A stretch of 64,000 bases of DNA from an uncultured Gammaproteobacteria bacterium (GCA_963777725.1 CAVZRR010000009.1:13050-77049), one strand, 5' to 3'; counted from the first letter of the stretch, positions 9,385 to 18,546 are shown. Notes: generated by a model from the sequence alone, not told the origin. Translations and numbers: made by a program.

Positions 9385-9782
9385 TTCGCGTCTCCAGATT
9401 TGCGCGCCATCTCGTCGATCAGCGTGCCGGTGCTGCTCTGCATTTCATCGTTGACGATCCGCGCCTTGACGAACGCCGTCCGGGCGGACGCCAGTTCCGC
9501 CTCGACTCGCGATTCGCCAGCCAGACGCTCGGCGGCGACCATTTCCTCCGCCTGCACGGCGGTGTTGGCGGACGCGAGCTTGGTGCGTGCTGCACTCAGC
9601 TCGCCCGCGGCGTGACGGCTTGCATCCGCTCGCTCGGCGCTGGTGATGGCCTGCTGCGCTGCCTGCAGCTGCGCAGTCGGCGCAGGCGGCGTCGATGCGC
9701 ATGCCGACAGCAGGAGGACGCCGGCGAGGCCGGTTGCCGCGCGCAGGCTCGAGCCCGGGCGTAGTCGCGATATTGAGGTCAT
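9381..9782 (-). CDS. DUF4398-like lipoprotein
   Basis: MTSISRLRPG...LLLSAC lipobox, then a helical Ala/Gln-rich body. The stop overlaps the start of the OmpA gene. Confidence 0.7.
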   Translation of the reverse strand: MTSISRLRPGSSLRAATGLAGVLLLSACASTPPAPTAQLQAAQQAITSAERADASRHAAGELSAARTKLASANTAVQAEEMVAAERLAGESRVEAELASARTAFVKARIVNDEMQSSTGTLIDEMARKSGDAK

Positions 9783-9978
9783 TTGAACTCTCTGCGTGAT
9801 GAAGGTGGCCCACCGACGGTGCCGGCAGCCGACCAGGAGCATGAGTGTGCGCGGTCGCGCGCGGTAACTCTGTTCGCAAGCGAACATTCGTGCGGTGAAC
9901 TCGAGTCGGTACGCTCCCGCACCGACGACGAGATTGCGAGTACACTGGATGCGTCCCTTCTTCTCGCGGAGGGCCGCC

Positions 9979-10728
9979 ATGGCTCGCGCACCCGCGTCGC
10001 TCGCGCATCACGTCCACAGTCCCGAGCAGAACCTTCTGCTGGCGGCCTTCACGCCCGAGGAGCGCGCGCGGGTTTACCCGCATTTGCAACTCGTCCCGCT
10101 ACCGCTCGGCAAGTCGCTGTATGAGTCGGGCAAGGCCCTGCGCCATGTCTATTTTCCGGCCGACTCCATCGTGTCGCTGCTTTACGTGCTCGAGAACGGC
10201 GCGTCGGCAGAAATCTCGGTCGTCGGCAATGAAGGCGTCATCGGCATCGCACTGTTCATGGGCGGCGAGACCACGCCGAGTCGTGCAGTCGTGCAAAGTG
10301 CCGGCCATGCGTACCGGCTCGTCGGCCAACGGCTCAAGGACGAGTTCCACCGCAATGGCGGCGTGCAAGTGCGGCTGCTGCGGTACACGCAGGCCCTGAT
10401 CACGCAGATGGCGCAGACCGCGGTGTGCAACCGTCATCACTCGGTGGACCAGCAGCTCTGTCGCTGGCTGTTGCTGTCGCTCGATCGCCTGTCGTCCAAC
10501 AAGCTGGTCATGACCCAGGAACTGATCGCCAACATGCTCGGCGTCCGCCGTGAAGGCGTCACCGAGGCCGCCGGCAAGCTCCAGAAGCTCGGGGCCATCG
10601 AATACAGCCGCGGCAGGATCACCGTGCTGGACCGGCCGATGGTCGAACAGCTGAGTTGCGAGTGCTACGCCGCGGTCAAGAAGGAATCCGATCGGATTGC
10701 GAGCCTGATGGTCATTCCCGGCGCTTGA
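9979..10728 (+). CDS. Crp/Fnr-family transcriptional regulator (paralog 2)
   Basis: VYFPADSIVSLLY ... VSVVGNEGVIG and HTH TQELIANMLGVRREGVTEAAGKLQKLGAIEYSRGRITVLD. Colinear with paralog 1, including the C-terminal SC-x-CYAA motif. Confidence 0.8.
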   Translation: MARAPASLAHHVHSPEQNLLLAAFTPEERARVYPHLQLVPLPLGKSLYESGKALRHVYFPADSIVSLLYVLENGASAEISVVGNEGVIGIALFMGGETTPSRAVVQSAGHAYRLVGQRLKDEFHRNGGVQVRLLRYTQALITQMAQTAVCNRHHSVDQQLCRWLLLSLDRLSSNKLVMTQELIANMLGVRREGVTEAAGKLQKLGAIEYSRGRITVLDRPMVEQLSCECYAAVKKESDRIASLMVIPGA

Positions 10729-10831
10729 TCTGACGCTGGGCTTCACGCCCGCCGCACGTCCTTGTGCCTGATCACGTCCCCTGTGCACGGCCGCGTCCGT
10801 GTGGCCTGTATTCAACGCCCGCTCTACAAGC

Positions 10832-11722
10832 TCACTGCTCGCAGAACAGCACTCCGTCTCGATTGCCGGCGCGGTAGCTACCACACTGCCTCGGCGAAAG
10901 GCCCGTCCGGTTCCAGTTACCGTTCATGGTCTGGCACGTGGCCGTCAGGTTACCGTTCGAGTCCGTCGAAACGTCACGACAGGACCGGCTGAAGGAACCT
11001 TCCCAGCGGTACGCCACATTGCTGCCACCGCTCGTCGCCTCGCAGAACAGCGTGCCGTTGCGATTCCCGGCGCGATAGGTGCCGCATTCACGGTGCGACA
11101 GGCTCGTCCGGCGCCACGCGCCATTCGAGGACTGGCAGGTCGCCCGCAGCGTTCCGGACGAATCGACCGCGACATCGCGGCAGGAATCCAGGAACGAACC
11201 GGACCATCGGCCAACGCTGCCGCTGCCGGTACTTGCACCCGTGCCCGTCGACTCGCAGAACAGGTTCCCGTTGCGGTTGCCGGCCCGTTGGCCGGGACAA
11301 TTCTGTGCCTTCAGGTTGCTGCGCTTGTAGGTTCCGTTGTCCTTGCGACAGGTGGCCTGCAGCTTACCGTGCTTGTCGACCGTGGCGTCGCGACAGGAAG
11401 TCAGGAACGATCCGCTCCACTGACCCACGTTCCCGTTGTTGCCGACGCCGGCATCATCGGACTCGCAGAACAACCTCCCGTTGCGATTTCCGAACGCCCT
11501 GCAGGACCCGATCACCGCCGAGGCGAACTCATACTTGCCTCCGTCGCGCCGGCACTGGGCGTACAGCGTGCCGTTCTGCACGTACGGTCGCTCGCAGCTC
11601 TGGCGCCACGATCCATCCGGGAGACCGTCATTGGCAGCCCATGCCATCTGCGGCAATGCGGCCACGCCGGCGGCAATGCCGATCGTCGCAAGACCGCCGA
11701 ACAATGCTCGTGTGATTCCCAT
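10832..11722 (-). CDS. Secreted protein with four tandem CVNH (cyanovirin-N homology)-like modules
   Basis: Signal peptide MGITRALFGGLATIGIAAGVAALPQMAWA. Four repeats of the form W-GSF-x2-SCRD-x5-G-x-L-x-ATC-x4-G-x-W-x2-T-x-L-x4-C-x5-GNRNG-x-LFCE. GGAGAG lies upstream of the ATG at 11722. Confidence 0.65.
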   Translation of the reverse strand: MGITRALFGGLATIGIAAGVAALPQMAWAANDGLPDGSWRQSCERPYVQNGTLYAQCRRDGGKYEFASAVIGSCRAFGNRNGRLFCESDDAGVGNNGNVGQWSGSFLTSCRDATVDKHGKLQATCRKDNGTYKRSNLKAQNCPGQRAGNRNGNLFCESTGTGASTGSGSVGRWSGSFLDSCRDVAVDSSGTLRATCQSSNGAWRRTSLSHRECGTYRAGNRNGTLFCEATSGGSNVAYRWEGSFSRSCRDVSTDSNGNLTATCQTMNGNWNRTGLSPRQCGSYRAGNRDGVLFCEQ

Positions 11723-11950
11723 GGCTCTCTCCTCTCGTGCGCGCGATGGCCGGGCCAGCAGCGGATCCACTGGCACCCTTCACGGTTGGAAGCTAGACCC
11801 GCACGCCCACCGGGTCTGTACGTCACCGTACGCAAGCCCCCTCGACGCACGGTCGGGAAGAGCGTCGCGGGCCGAATTCCTGCTAGTGTTGCAAGGTGGC
11901 CCCGACACTCCATCGTGACGCATGAGCGCAAACGCCGAGGTCGCCGCAAC

Positions 11951-14317
11951 GTGACTGACGGGGCATCCGACCGCGTCCGGCCCGGCCCACGGGTCGGCGA
12001 GGCGCTCTATGGCGGATTGCTGTTCGCCGGCGGGGTGGCCGCGCTCGCGCTCGCGCTGCCGGGCAGCGCCGCCGCCGCGCAGGACTGGCCTCTCCTGCTG
12101 TTCTTCCTGCTGTTCGGCTTGTTCACGATCTCGATCGGGTACGCACATCCGGTCTTCGGCTACGTGTCGTTCGACCGCGTGGCGCAGGTTTCGAGCATCC
12201 TGGTACTCGGCCCGGTCGATGCCGCGTGGATCAACGGGCTGGCCTCCCTCATCTACCCCTGGCACCGGCTGCGCTACGGGGTACCGCTGCGCACGGTCGC
12301 ACTCGCGGCAGTGACGAATGCCGGCTTGATGAGCCTGATGGTGCTGGCGTCCGGTTTGATGTATGTCGCGATCGGCGGTCCGGTACCGCTCGGCCATCTC
12401 GGGCTGCAGTCGTTCGGCGCGGTCGTGCTGATGCTGGTCGCCATGCAGGTCATCAACGAAGCGGGAATGATGGGACTGGTGCGGATGCGCGGACAGCCGG
12501 CCCGCGACTCGCTGAGCCTGTTCGATACCGCCACCGAACTGACGGCGGGGCTGATTGCGGTGCTGGTCGCAATCGTCTGGAACCGGATGGAGATCGAGGT
12601 CTTCCTGCTGCTGCTCGCCGTGCTGGTCGCGGGCATGCTGGCGCTGAAGCGATTCGCAGAAATGCGACTCCGGCTCGAGCGGCTGGTCGAGGAACGAACC
12701 GAGGCGCTGCAGGAGAAGACGCTGCAGCTCGAGCGCCTCGCAGCACGGGATACGCTGACGGGACTCTACAACCGCCGCCATGCGGACGAATTCCTTCTGC
12801 GCGAAATTGCACGAGCCCGCCGCGAGGGGCACCCGATCGGCGTCGCACTGGCCGACATCGACCACTTCAAGCGGATCAACGACGACCACTCGCACGGCAT
12901 CGGCGATCGCGTGCTGGAGCGGGTGGCGCGGATTTTCACCGAGCGGGTACGCGGCGCCGACCTCGTGGCGCGCTATGGCGGCGAGGAATTCCTGTTCTGC
13001 TTCATCGGTATCGACGAGACAGATCTGGTCCGGCGCTGCGAGGAACTCCGCCTTGCGCTCGAGCGCGAGGACTGGACGACGCTGTCGCCAGGACTCAGCG
13101 TGACGATGAGCATCGGCGTGGCCACCTGCAACGGTGAGTCGCAGGCCTCGGCGCTGCTCGATCGCGCCGACACCTGCCTTTACGAAGCCAAGCGACGCGG
13201 CCGCAACCGGGTCGTCTACCGAGCAGGGCCTGCGCGCCGGCGCCTTCTAGCGTCGTCCGGCAAGGCCTCGCGCGGCCAGCGCTCAGCGCCCCTGCATCAG
13301 CTCGATGAATCCCGGGTCTTCGCGCAGCGAATCGAGATCGGGGTCGTGCTTCATCCAGCCGAAGTTCTCGTATCCGCCGGACATCGCCTGCCGCAGCGTG
13401 TCGACGGCGCGGCCGGTCTCCCCGAGCCTCGCGTACAGGCAGGCGCAGTTGTAGAGCATCATCGGGTCGCCGGGGCTCAACTCCAGCGCGGCGGCGCCCT
13501 CGCGAATCGCCTCGTCCTTGCGGCCGCGCTCCGCGAGCGTGATCGCGTAGTACATCCGTGCACGCGAATCGTCCGGATTCTGCAGCAGGTAGTTCGGCAG
13601 CAGCGCGAGCAGCTGCTCGGATGCGACGTCTGCCTCGGCCTTGCGCCCGAGGCCCTCGCAGGTCTGCGCGAGGTCGGCATAGGCCGCGTAGAAGCCCGGC
13701 TTGATGTCGATGACGCGGCGGAACAGGTCGAGCGACTCCTCGAGTTCGCCATTCGAGAAATGGATGCGCCCGAGCGTCCAGTACGCGATGAAATCGTCGG
13801 GATCGAGCTCGATGGCCTTGCGGCTCGATGCGCTGGCCTCGTCGAACTTGCCCCAGATGAAATAGGACAGCCCCATCGCGGCGTAGGCCTCCGGGAGGTT
13901 GCTGTCGTACATCAGCGCCTTGAAGCTGAGCTCCTGCGCCTTGTCCCGGTACCGCTCTTCGCGCGAGAACCACTGGTACATCTGCCCGTAGGCGCTCGAG
14001 CAACCCGCGTAAGCGGCCGCGTAGCGCGGATCGAGCTCGATGGCTTTCTCGAACAGCTGGATCGCGTACTCGACGCTGCGCTTCGTCAGCCGGTACAGGT
14101 AGTCCTGGCCTCGCAGGTAGAGGTCGTAGGCCTGCGCGTTGACGGTCTGCCGCTTCGTCAGCGAGACCTTCTCGGAGAAGCTGAGCTTGAGCCTGCAGCG
14201 CCTCGACGATCTGCTGCGCGACCTGCTCCTGGATGTCGAAGATGTCGTCGAGCTTGCCCTTGTAGGTGTTGCCCCACAGCTGGCGATTGGTCGCGACGTC
14301 GACGAGCTGCACCGTGA
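11951..14317 (+). CDS. Membrane-anchored GGDEF diguanylate cyclase. Only about 11951-13215 looks like real coding; the formal ORF has no stop until 14317.
   Basis: GTG at 11951. Multi-TM N-terminus, coiled coil, then RDTLTGLYNRRH ... DIDHFKRINDDHSHGIGD ... RYGGEEFLF ... YEAKRRGRNRVV. After that the frame reads antisense through the TIR/TPR gene with shadow-type composition. Confidence 0.6.
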   Translation: MTDGASDRVRPGPRVGEALYGGLLFAGGVAALALALPGSAAAAQDWPLLLFFLLFGLFTISIGYAHPVFGYVSFDRVAQVSSILVLGPVDAAWINGLASLIYPWHRLRYGVPLRTVALAAVTNAGLMSLMVLASGLMYVAIGGPVPLGHLGLQSFGAVVLMLVAMQVINEAGMMGLVRMRGQPARDSLSLFDTATELTAGLIAVLVAIVWNRMEIEVFLLLLAVLVAGMLALKRFAEMRLRLERLVEERTEALQEKTLQLERLAARDTLTGLYNRRHADEFLLREIARARREGHPIGVALADIDHFKRINDDHSHGIGDRVLERVARIFTERVRGADLVARYGGEEFLFCFIGIDETDLVRRCEELRLALEREDWTTLSPGLSVTMSIGVATCNGESQASALLDRADTCLYEAKRRGRNRVVYRAGPARRRLLASSGKASRGQRSAPLHQLDESRVFAQRIEIGVVLHPAEVLVSAGHRLPQRVDGAAGLPEPRVQAGAVVEHHRVAGAQLQRGGALANRLVLAAALRERDRVVHPCTRIVRILQQVVRQQREQLLGCDVCLGLAPEALAGLREVGIGRVEARLDVDDAAEQVERLLEFAIREMDAPERPVRDEIVGIELDGLAARCAGLVELAPDEIGQPHRGVGLREVAVVHQRLEAELLRLVPVPLFAREPLVHLPVGARATRVSGRVARIELDGFLEQLDRVLDAALRQPVQVVLASQVEVVGLRVDGLPLRQRDLLGEAELEPAAPRRSAARPAPGCRRCRRACPCRCCPTAGDWSRRRRAAP

Positions 14318-15089
14318 TGCGGACCGACTCGTGGAAACGGCGCACGCTGCCGCCGATGATGTAGCGGGCGCCGAGCTCGTTGCCGATGGCCCGGATGTCC
14401 TGCTTGCGCCCCTTGAACTGCATCGATGCCCAGCGCGAGACGAGTTCGATCTCGCTGACCAGCGACAGGCGGGCGATCAGCTCCTCGGTGAGCCCGTCGC
14501 TGAAGTAATCGGTTTCCTGGTCGGGGCTGATGTTGTCGAAGGGCAGCACCGCGAGTGCGCCCTGCTCGATCAGTGGGTCGGTACCTTGCGCAACAGTCGT
14601 GGCTGCGGAGACGGCCCGCGGGTCGTCGGCGGATGCGCCCGCCTTGTGATGCTGCGGCGGCGGGGCGATCGTGACACCGACCCGCTCGAGCGACCGCAGG
14701 ATCGTCCTCAGGTTCGTGTCCGCGTCGCCCTGGAAGTACTCGATGTGCTGGATGCCGGCGAGCGGATACCGGAGGCTGGACGGAATCTGCGTCGGCTCGA
14801 GGTGCACGGGCAGGATGTGACCCTTGCGCTCGCTGGCCAGCACGACTTCCTTGGCGACGTTGTGCGAGCGGACGGCCGACTCGGTGACCACCAGCAGCAG
14901 CACCTTGGCGTTCTCGAGCGCCTTGACGATCTCCTCGCCCCACAGCGTGGCGCCGTCGATGCCGCTCTGGTCGATCCAGAGCGACACGCCCGCGCTGCGG
15001 AGCTTGGCCGCGAGGTCGAGGACGCGATCCTTGTCCTCGCGGGAGTAGCTGATGAAGACGTCGGCCGGCTCTGCCAAGGGGGGATCCAT
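13283..15089 (-). pseudogene. TIR + TolB-like + TPR protein gene interrupted by a 1-nt frameshift near 14190-14195
   Basis: Frame A (15089 down to ~14195): MDPPLAEPADVFISYSREDKDRVLDLAAKLRSAGVSLWIDQ... (TIR), then AVLPFDNISPDQETDYFSDGLTEELIARLS... (TolB-N-like). Frame B, from my own translation: LKLSFSEKVSLTKRQTVNAQAYDLYLRGQDYLYRL...AIELDPRYAAAYAG, continuing into track ORF 13283..13981 (TPRs). The junction is CTGCAG-G-CTCAAG. Confidence 0.75.
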
Positions 15090-15164
15090 CCAGGCGCGGC
15101 CCAACGCCGCGAGCCGTCAAGGCTAGCTCATCGCCGCCGGCCTGAGAAGGCGCGGCTCCCGGGC

Positions 15165-15740
15165 CTAGCGCCGATCCCGCTTGGCCTGGTTGCGACGACC
15201 CTGGCTGCGCAGGTGCGCATTGATCACCGTGCTGCGCGAACGGTGCGCCCGGCCGAGCGTGGCAGTGACGCCGGCTCGTTCGTTCATGAAGCCGGGGGCC
15301 CCGATGGCGCCCAGGGCTGCAGACCGGCCCGCGGCCGGGGCCTTCGGTGAAACGGTCTTGCGCGGCCCCGCCGCGGCGACCGCCACCTTCACCCTCTTGG
15401 GCGGCGACTTCTTCGTCGCAGCTCGCGCCGGCGGGGCGGTGACCTGGACATGGCGCGCCTGGAAGCGCGCCCGCAGGTCCTCGAACAACGCCGCCTTTTC
15501 CTTCGTGCGGGCATTGGCGGCGCCGCTGTTGCCACGCTTCGTGCCGGTCTGGTCACGAATGGCGAGTCGTTGCCGCTTGTAGAGGTCGCGGTACTTGTCG
15601 CGCCGCTTCCGGGTCAACTCGACCTTGAGCTTCAGTGTCCGCGCATCGAGCTTGCAGATGGCATCGCGGCGCGACGCCTCGAACAGCTTGAACTCGGCGG
15701 CGGTCAGCAGCTTGCGGGCGTTCGCGCGGTCGTTGGCCAT
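15165..15740 (-). CDS. Highly basic hypothetical protein
   Basis: ATG at 15740 (MANDRANARKLLTAAEFKLFEASRRDAI...), with a Lys/Arg/Ala-rich C-terminal half. Internal start of track ORF 15165..16412. Confidence 0.5.
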   Translation of the reverse strand: MANDRANARKLLTAAEFKLFEASRRDAICKLDARTLKLKVELTRKRRDKYRDLYKRQRLAIRDQTGTKRGNSGAANARTKEKAALFEDLRARFQARHVQVTAPPARAATKKSPPKRVKVAVAAAGPRKTVSPKAPAAGRSAALGAIGAPGFMNERAGVTATLGRAHRSRSTVINAHLRSQGRRNQAKRDRR

Positions 15741-15799
15741 CGGGTGCACTCCGGGTTGCGGCGATTCTTGCCGCGACCCGGAGTATACGCAGCACGACG

Positions 15800-18538
15800 C
15801 TAGAACTTGTACGAGACGTCGAGCTTGTAGACGACGCCGATCGACTGCTCGAGGACGGTGACGCCGCCCTGCTCGATCTCCAGCTGCTCGTCCAGCAGGT
15901 TCTGCGCGCGGAACTTGAGCGCCATCTGCTCGATCGGGTAGTAGCTGTAGACGATGTCGAGCGAGTGGAACGGCTGCTCGTAGGCATCCGGCGCCCCGTT
16001 CGACCCGGCAAAGAAGATCCGCTCGTCGAACGCGTTGTAGGCGAGCGACGCGCTGTGACGCTCGTTCGGCGCGTCGACGCCGAGCTGCAGGTTGACGACC
16101 CACGGCGCGTGCTGCGTGAGCCGGCGCTCGTCGTTGGTCAGGTTCAGCGCGTTGCTGCCGATCTTCAGGTTCGAGTCGCTGAGCGTCACGTTGCCGGAGA
16201 CGAAGAACGCATCGGACCAGTTGCCGAGCGGCAGGAAGCCGAGGCCCTTGAGCCACTCGATCTCGACGCCATACACATCGGCGGACGCCGCGTTGATGAA
16301 CGTCAGCCCGATGTTGTCGTCCGTGCCGGGCGCCTCGACCGTCTCGATCGGGTTCGTGATGTCCTTGTAGAACAGCGAAACCGTCAGGTTGTCGCCGCTG
16401 CCGAAGAACCACTCGCCACGCAGGTCGAGGTTCGTCAGGTCGGACGACACCAGGTCCGGATTGCCCCGCACGCGCGCCTCGGTCAATGGATCGATGAAGG
16501 TCGCGTCCGAGATCTCCCGGAGGTCCGGTCGTGCCGTCGTCTCGCTCCAGCCGAAGCGCAGCTGGAACTGGTCGGCCCAGAGCTCGCCCGGCATCCAGGT
16601 GAGCGCGGCGGCGGGATAGTAGTCGTCTTCCGCGACGGCCTGGTTCTGGATGTCCTCGACCGGCACCCGGATGATGCCGACGCCGGTGTCGTACTCGTAC
16701 TGGTCGATCGGCACGGAAACCCGCGCGAAGTCCTCCCAGCGGGCCCCGGCACTCAGTCGCCAGGTCTCGTTCCAGGTCACATCGACGTTGCCCCAGGCGG
16801 CGTCGATCGTTTCGCCGGCGAGGTAACTCTCGGTACCGATGCCACCCAACGACAGCACATAGCCGTTCGCGGGGTTCGTGATGTTCTCATCCGTGAACAC
16901 CTGGCCCGGCGTGCCGACGAGGTTCGGCAGCGCGGCCGACGCCGTGGTGCCGAGCCCGAGCTGCGTCTGCAGGTAGCCCCGGCCCTTCTCGTAGTAATCG
17001 TAACCGCCGCTCGGCACGACCAGAAAGTCGCCGGTCTCGAACGGCATCTCGAGCTTCATGCCGTAGCTGGTGACGTCGTCCTGCAGCTCCGTGAATCGAT
17101 AGTCCGCCGCCGTCGCGGACGAGCGGATCGACGTGGACAGGAACTCTCCGGTGTCCGGGTCAAGCCGGTCGACCGCCGAGAACTGCACCTCGTTCGGGAT
17201 ATCGGTATCGGCGCTGGCATCCGTGTAGTACCAGTCGAACACCAGGTCTTCGAGGTTCCTCACGCCGGGCACGAAGTCCAGCACGTCGAGCGTCGCGCCG
17301 CCCAGCGTGTGGCGGCCACTCAGCTGCAGCACTTCGAGCTCGCGCTCCTCGAAGCGGATGCGGTAGTTGCGCAGCGCTGCGCCGGCGTTCGCCTGGAAAT
17401 TGAAGTTGTTGCCGACCGTCAGCGAAGCCTCGTCCTCGGTGTTGCGCAGGTAGAGCCACGACGCCTGCAGCTGCTGCTCCTCGGCCCAGTCGAGGCCGAC
17501 GGCCACGCTGCCGGTCAGTGTCGTCTGGCGGATCGTGCGCTCGGTCACGTCAAAGTCGACCTCCGGACTCGTGGCCGAGCGATTGATGCGCTCGCGATTT
17601 CGCCACTGGTCGCCGTAATCGACGACCGCGAGGCCGCCAACGCGCCAGTCGCCACTTTCGCCGGGCTGCCACATGTTGCCCAGCGTCGCCTCGACGTTGA
17701 TGTCAGGGTCGAGCGACTCCTTGGTGAAGTCGAGATTGCGGTTCAGGTTGGTCGCGATGCCGCGGTTGATCTGCTCCGCCTCGGCCAGCGTGTGGAATCC
17801 GCCGTCGCGGTTCAGCGCCCGCAGGATCCCGGTCGGCGTGATGTCGCCGGTGTAATCGTTGATCGCAGTGGTGATTTCGCGCGGCAATGCACGAGTGCCG
17901 TCATCGGTGCCCCAACGGTCGTCGCTGCCGCCCGGGTACGTGAGGCCACGGCCGGTGCTGTCGGAATTCCAGCCGGTGCCGACCTCGAGGTCGGCCACGA
18001 ACCGGTCGGGCAGGCTGCGCGTGCGCACATCGACGTTGCCGCCGCCGAACGCCGCCGGCTTGTCCGGCGAGTAACCCTTCTGGATCTTCAGCGTCTCGAC
18101 GATGGCCGCCGGGAACAGGTCGAGCGGGATCACGTTGCGCGTGAGATCCGGCGACGGCACCTGAGCACCGTTCAGCGTCGTGCTCGAGTAGCGCTCGCCG
18201 AGGCCACGGATGTAGATGTACTGGCCATCCACTACGGTCACGGCGGGCAATCGCCGCAGCGCGAGCGATACGGTGCTGTCGCCGACGCGGCTGATCTGCT
18301 CGGCGCCGACGACGTCGGCCACGATCGACAGCTCGATGCGCTCCTGCAGCACCTGCTCGGCCGCCGTCCGCTGGCGGCCCTCGACGACGATCTCCTCGAG
18401 GCCTTCGGCGTTGACCGACGCGGCCTCCGGCGGAGGCGGCGCCTCCTGCGCGACCGCCGGCAGGCCTCGGCCTGCCGCAGTCGCCGCGGCCAGGGCGAGC
18501 AGCGCCCTGACCGTGCTACCCAGGGATGAGGGCCTCAT
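15800..18538 (-). CDS. TonB-dependent receptor
   Basis: Signal peptide MRPSSLGSTVRALLALAAATAAG. Plug motifs (IEEIVVEGRQ, RRLPAVTVVDGQYIYIRGLGERYSSTTLNGAQVPSPD). C-terminal beta-barrel ending ...KLDVSYKF. Confidence 0.9.
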   Translation of the reverse strand: MRPSSLGSTVRALLALAAATAAGRGLPAVAQEAPPPPEAASVNAEGLEEIVVEGRQRTAAEQVLQERIELSIVADVVGAEQISRVGDSTVSLALRRLPAVTVVDGQYIYIRGLGERYSSTTLNGAQVPSPDLTRNVIPLDLFPAAIVETLKIQKGYSPDKPAAFGGGNVDVRTRSLPDRFVADLEVGTGWNSDSTGRGLTYPGGSDDRWGTDDGTRALPREITTAINDYTGDITPTGILRALNRDGGFHTLAEAEQINRGIATNLNRNLDFTKESLDPDINVEATLGNMWQPGESGDWRVGGLAVVDYGDQWRNRERINRSATSPEVDFDVTERTIRQTTLTGSVAVGLDWAEEQQLQASWLYLRNTEDEASLTVGNNFNFQANAGAALRNYRIRFEERELEVLQLSGRHTLGGATLDVLDFVPGVRNLEDLVFDWYYTDASADTDIPNEVQFSAVDRLDPDTGEFLSTSIRSSATAADYRFTELQDDVTSYGMKLEMPFETGDFLVVPSGGYDYYEKGRGYLQTQLGLGTTASAALPNLVGTPGQVFTDENITNPANGYVLSLGGIGTESYLAGETIDAAWGNVDVTWNETWRLSAGARWEDFARVSVPIDQYEYDTGVGIIRVPVEDIQNQAVAEDDYYPAAALTWMPGELWADQFQLRFGWSETTARPDLREISDATFIDPLTEARVRGNPDLVSSDLTNLDLRGEWFFGSGDNLTVSLFYKDITNPIETVEAPGTDDNIGLTFINAASADVYGVEIEWLKGLGFLPLGNWSDAFFVSGNVTLSDSNLKIGSNALNLTNDERRLTQHAPWVVNLQLGVDAPNERHSASLAYNAFDERIFFAGSNGAPDAYEQPFHSLDIVYSYYPIEQMALKFRAQNLLDEQLEIEQGGVTVLEQSIGVVYKLDVSYKF

Positions 18539-18546
18539 GTTTGCTC

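Noticed and set aside
14150-14250. Programmed ribosomal frameshift in the TIR/TPR gene
   Set aside because: No X-XXY-YYZ slippery heptamer or obvious downstream stimulatory structure is present at the CTGCAGGCTCAAG junction. A simple 1-nt indel is the more economical explanation.
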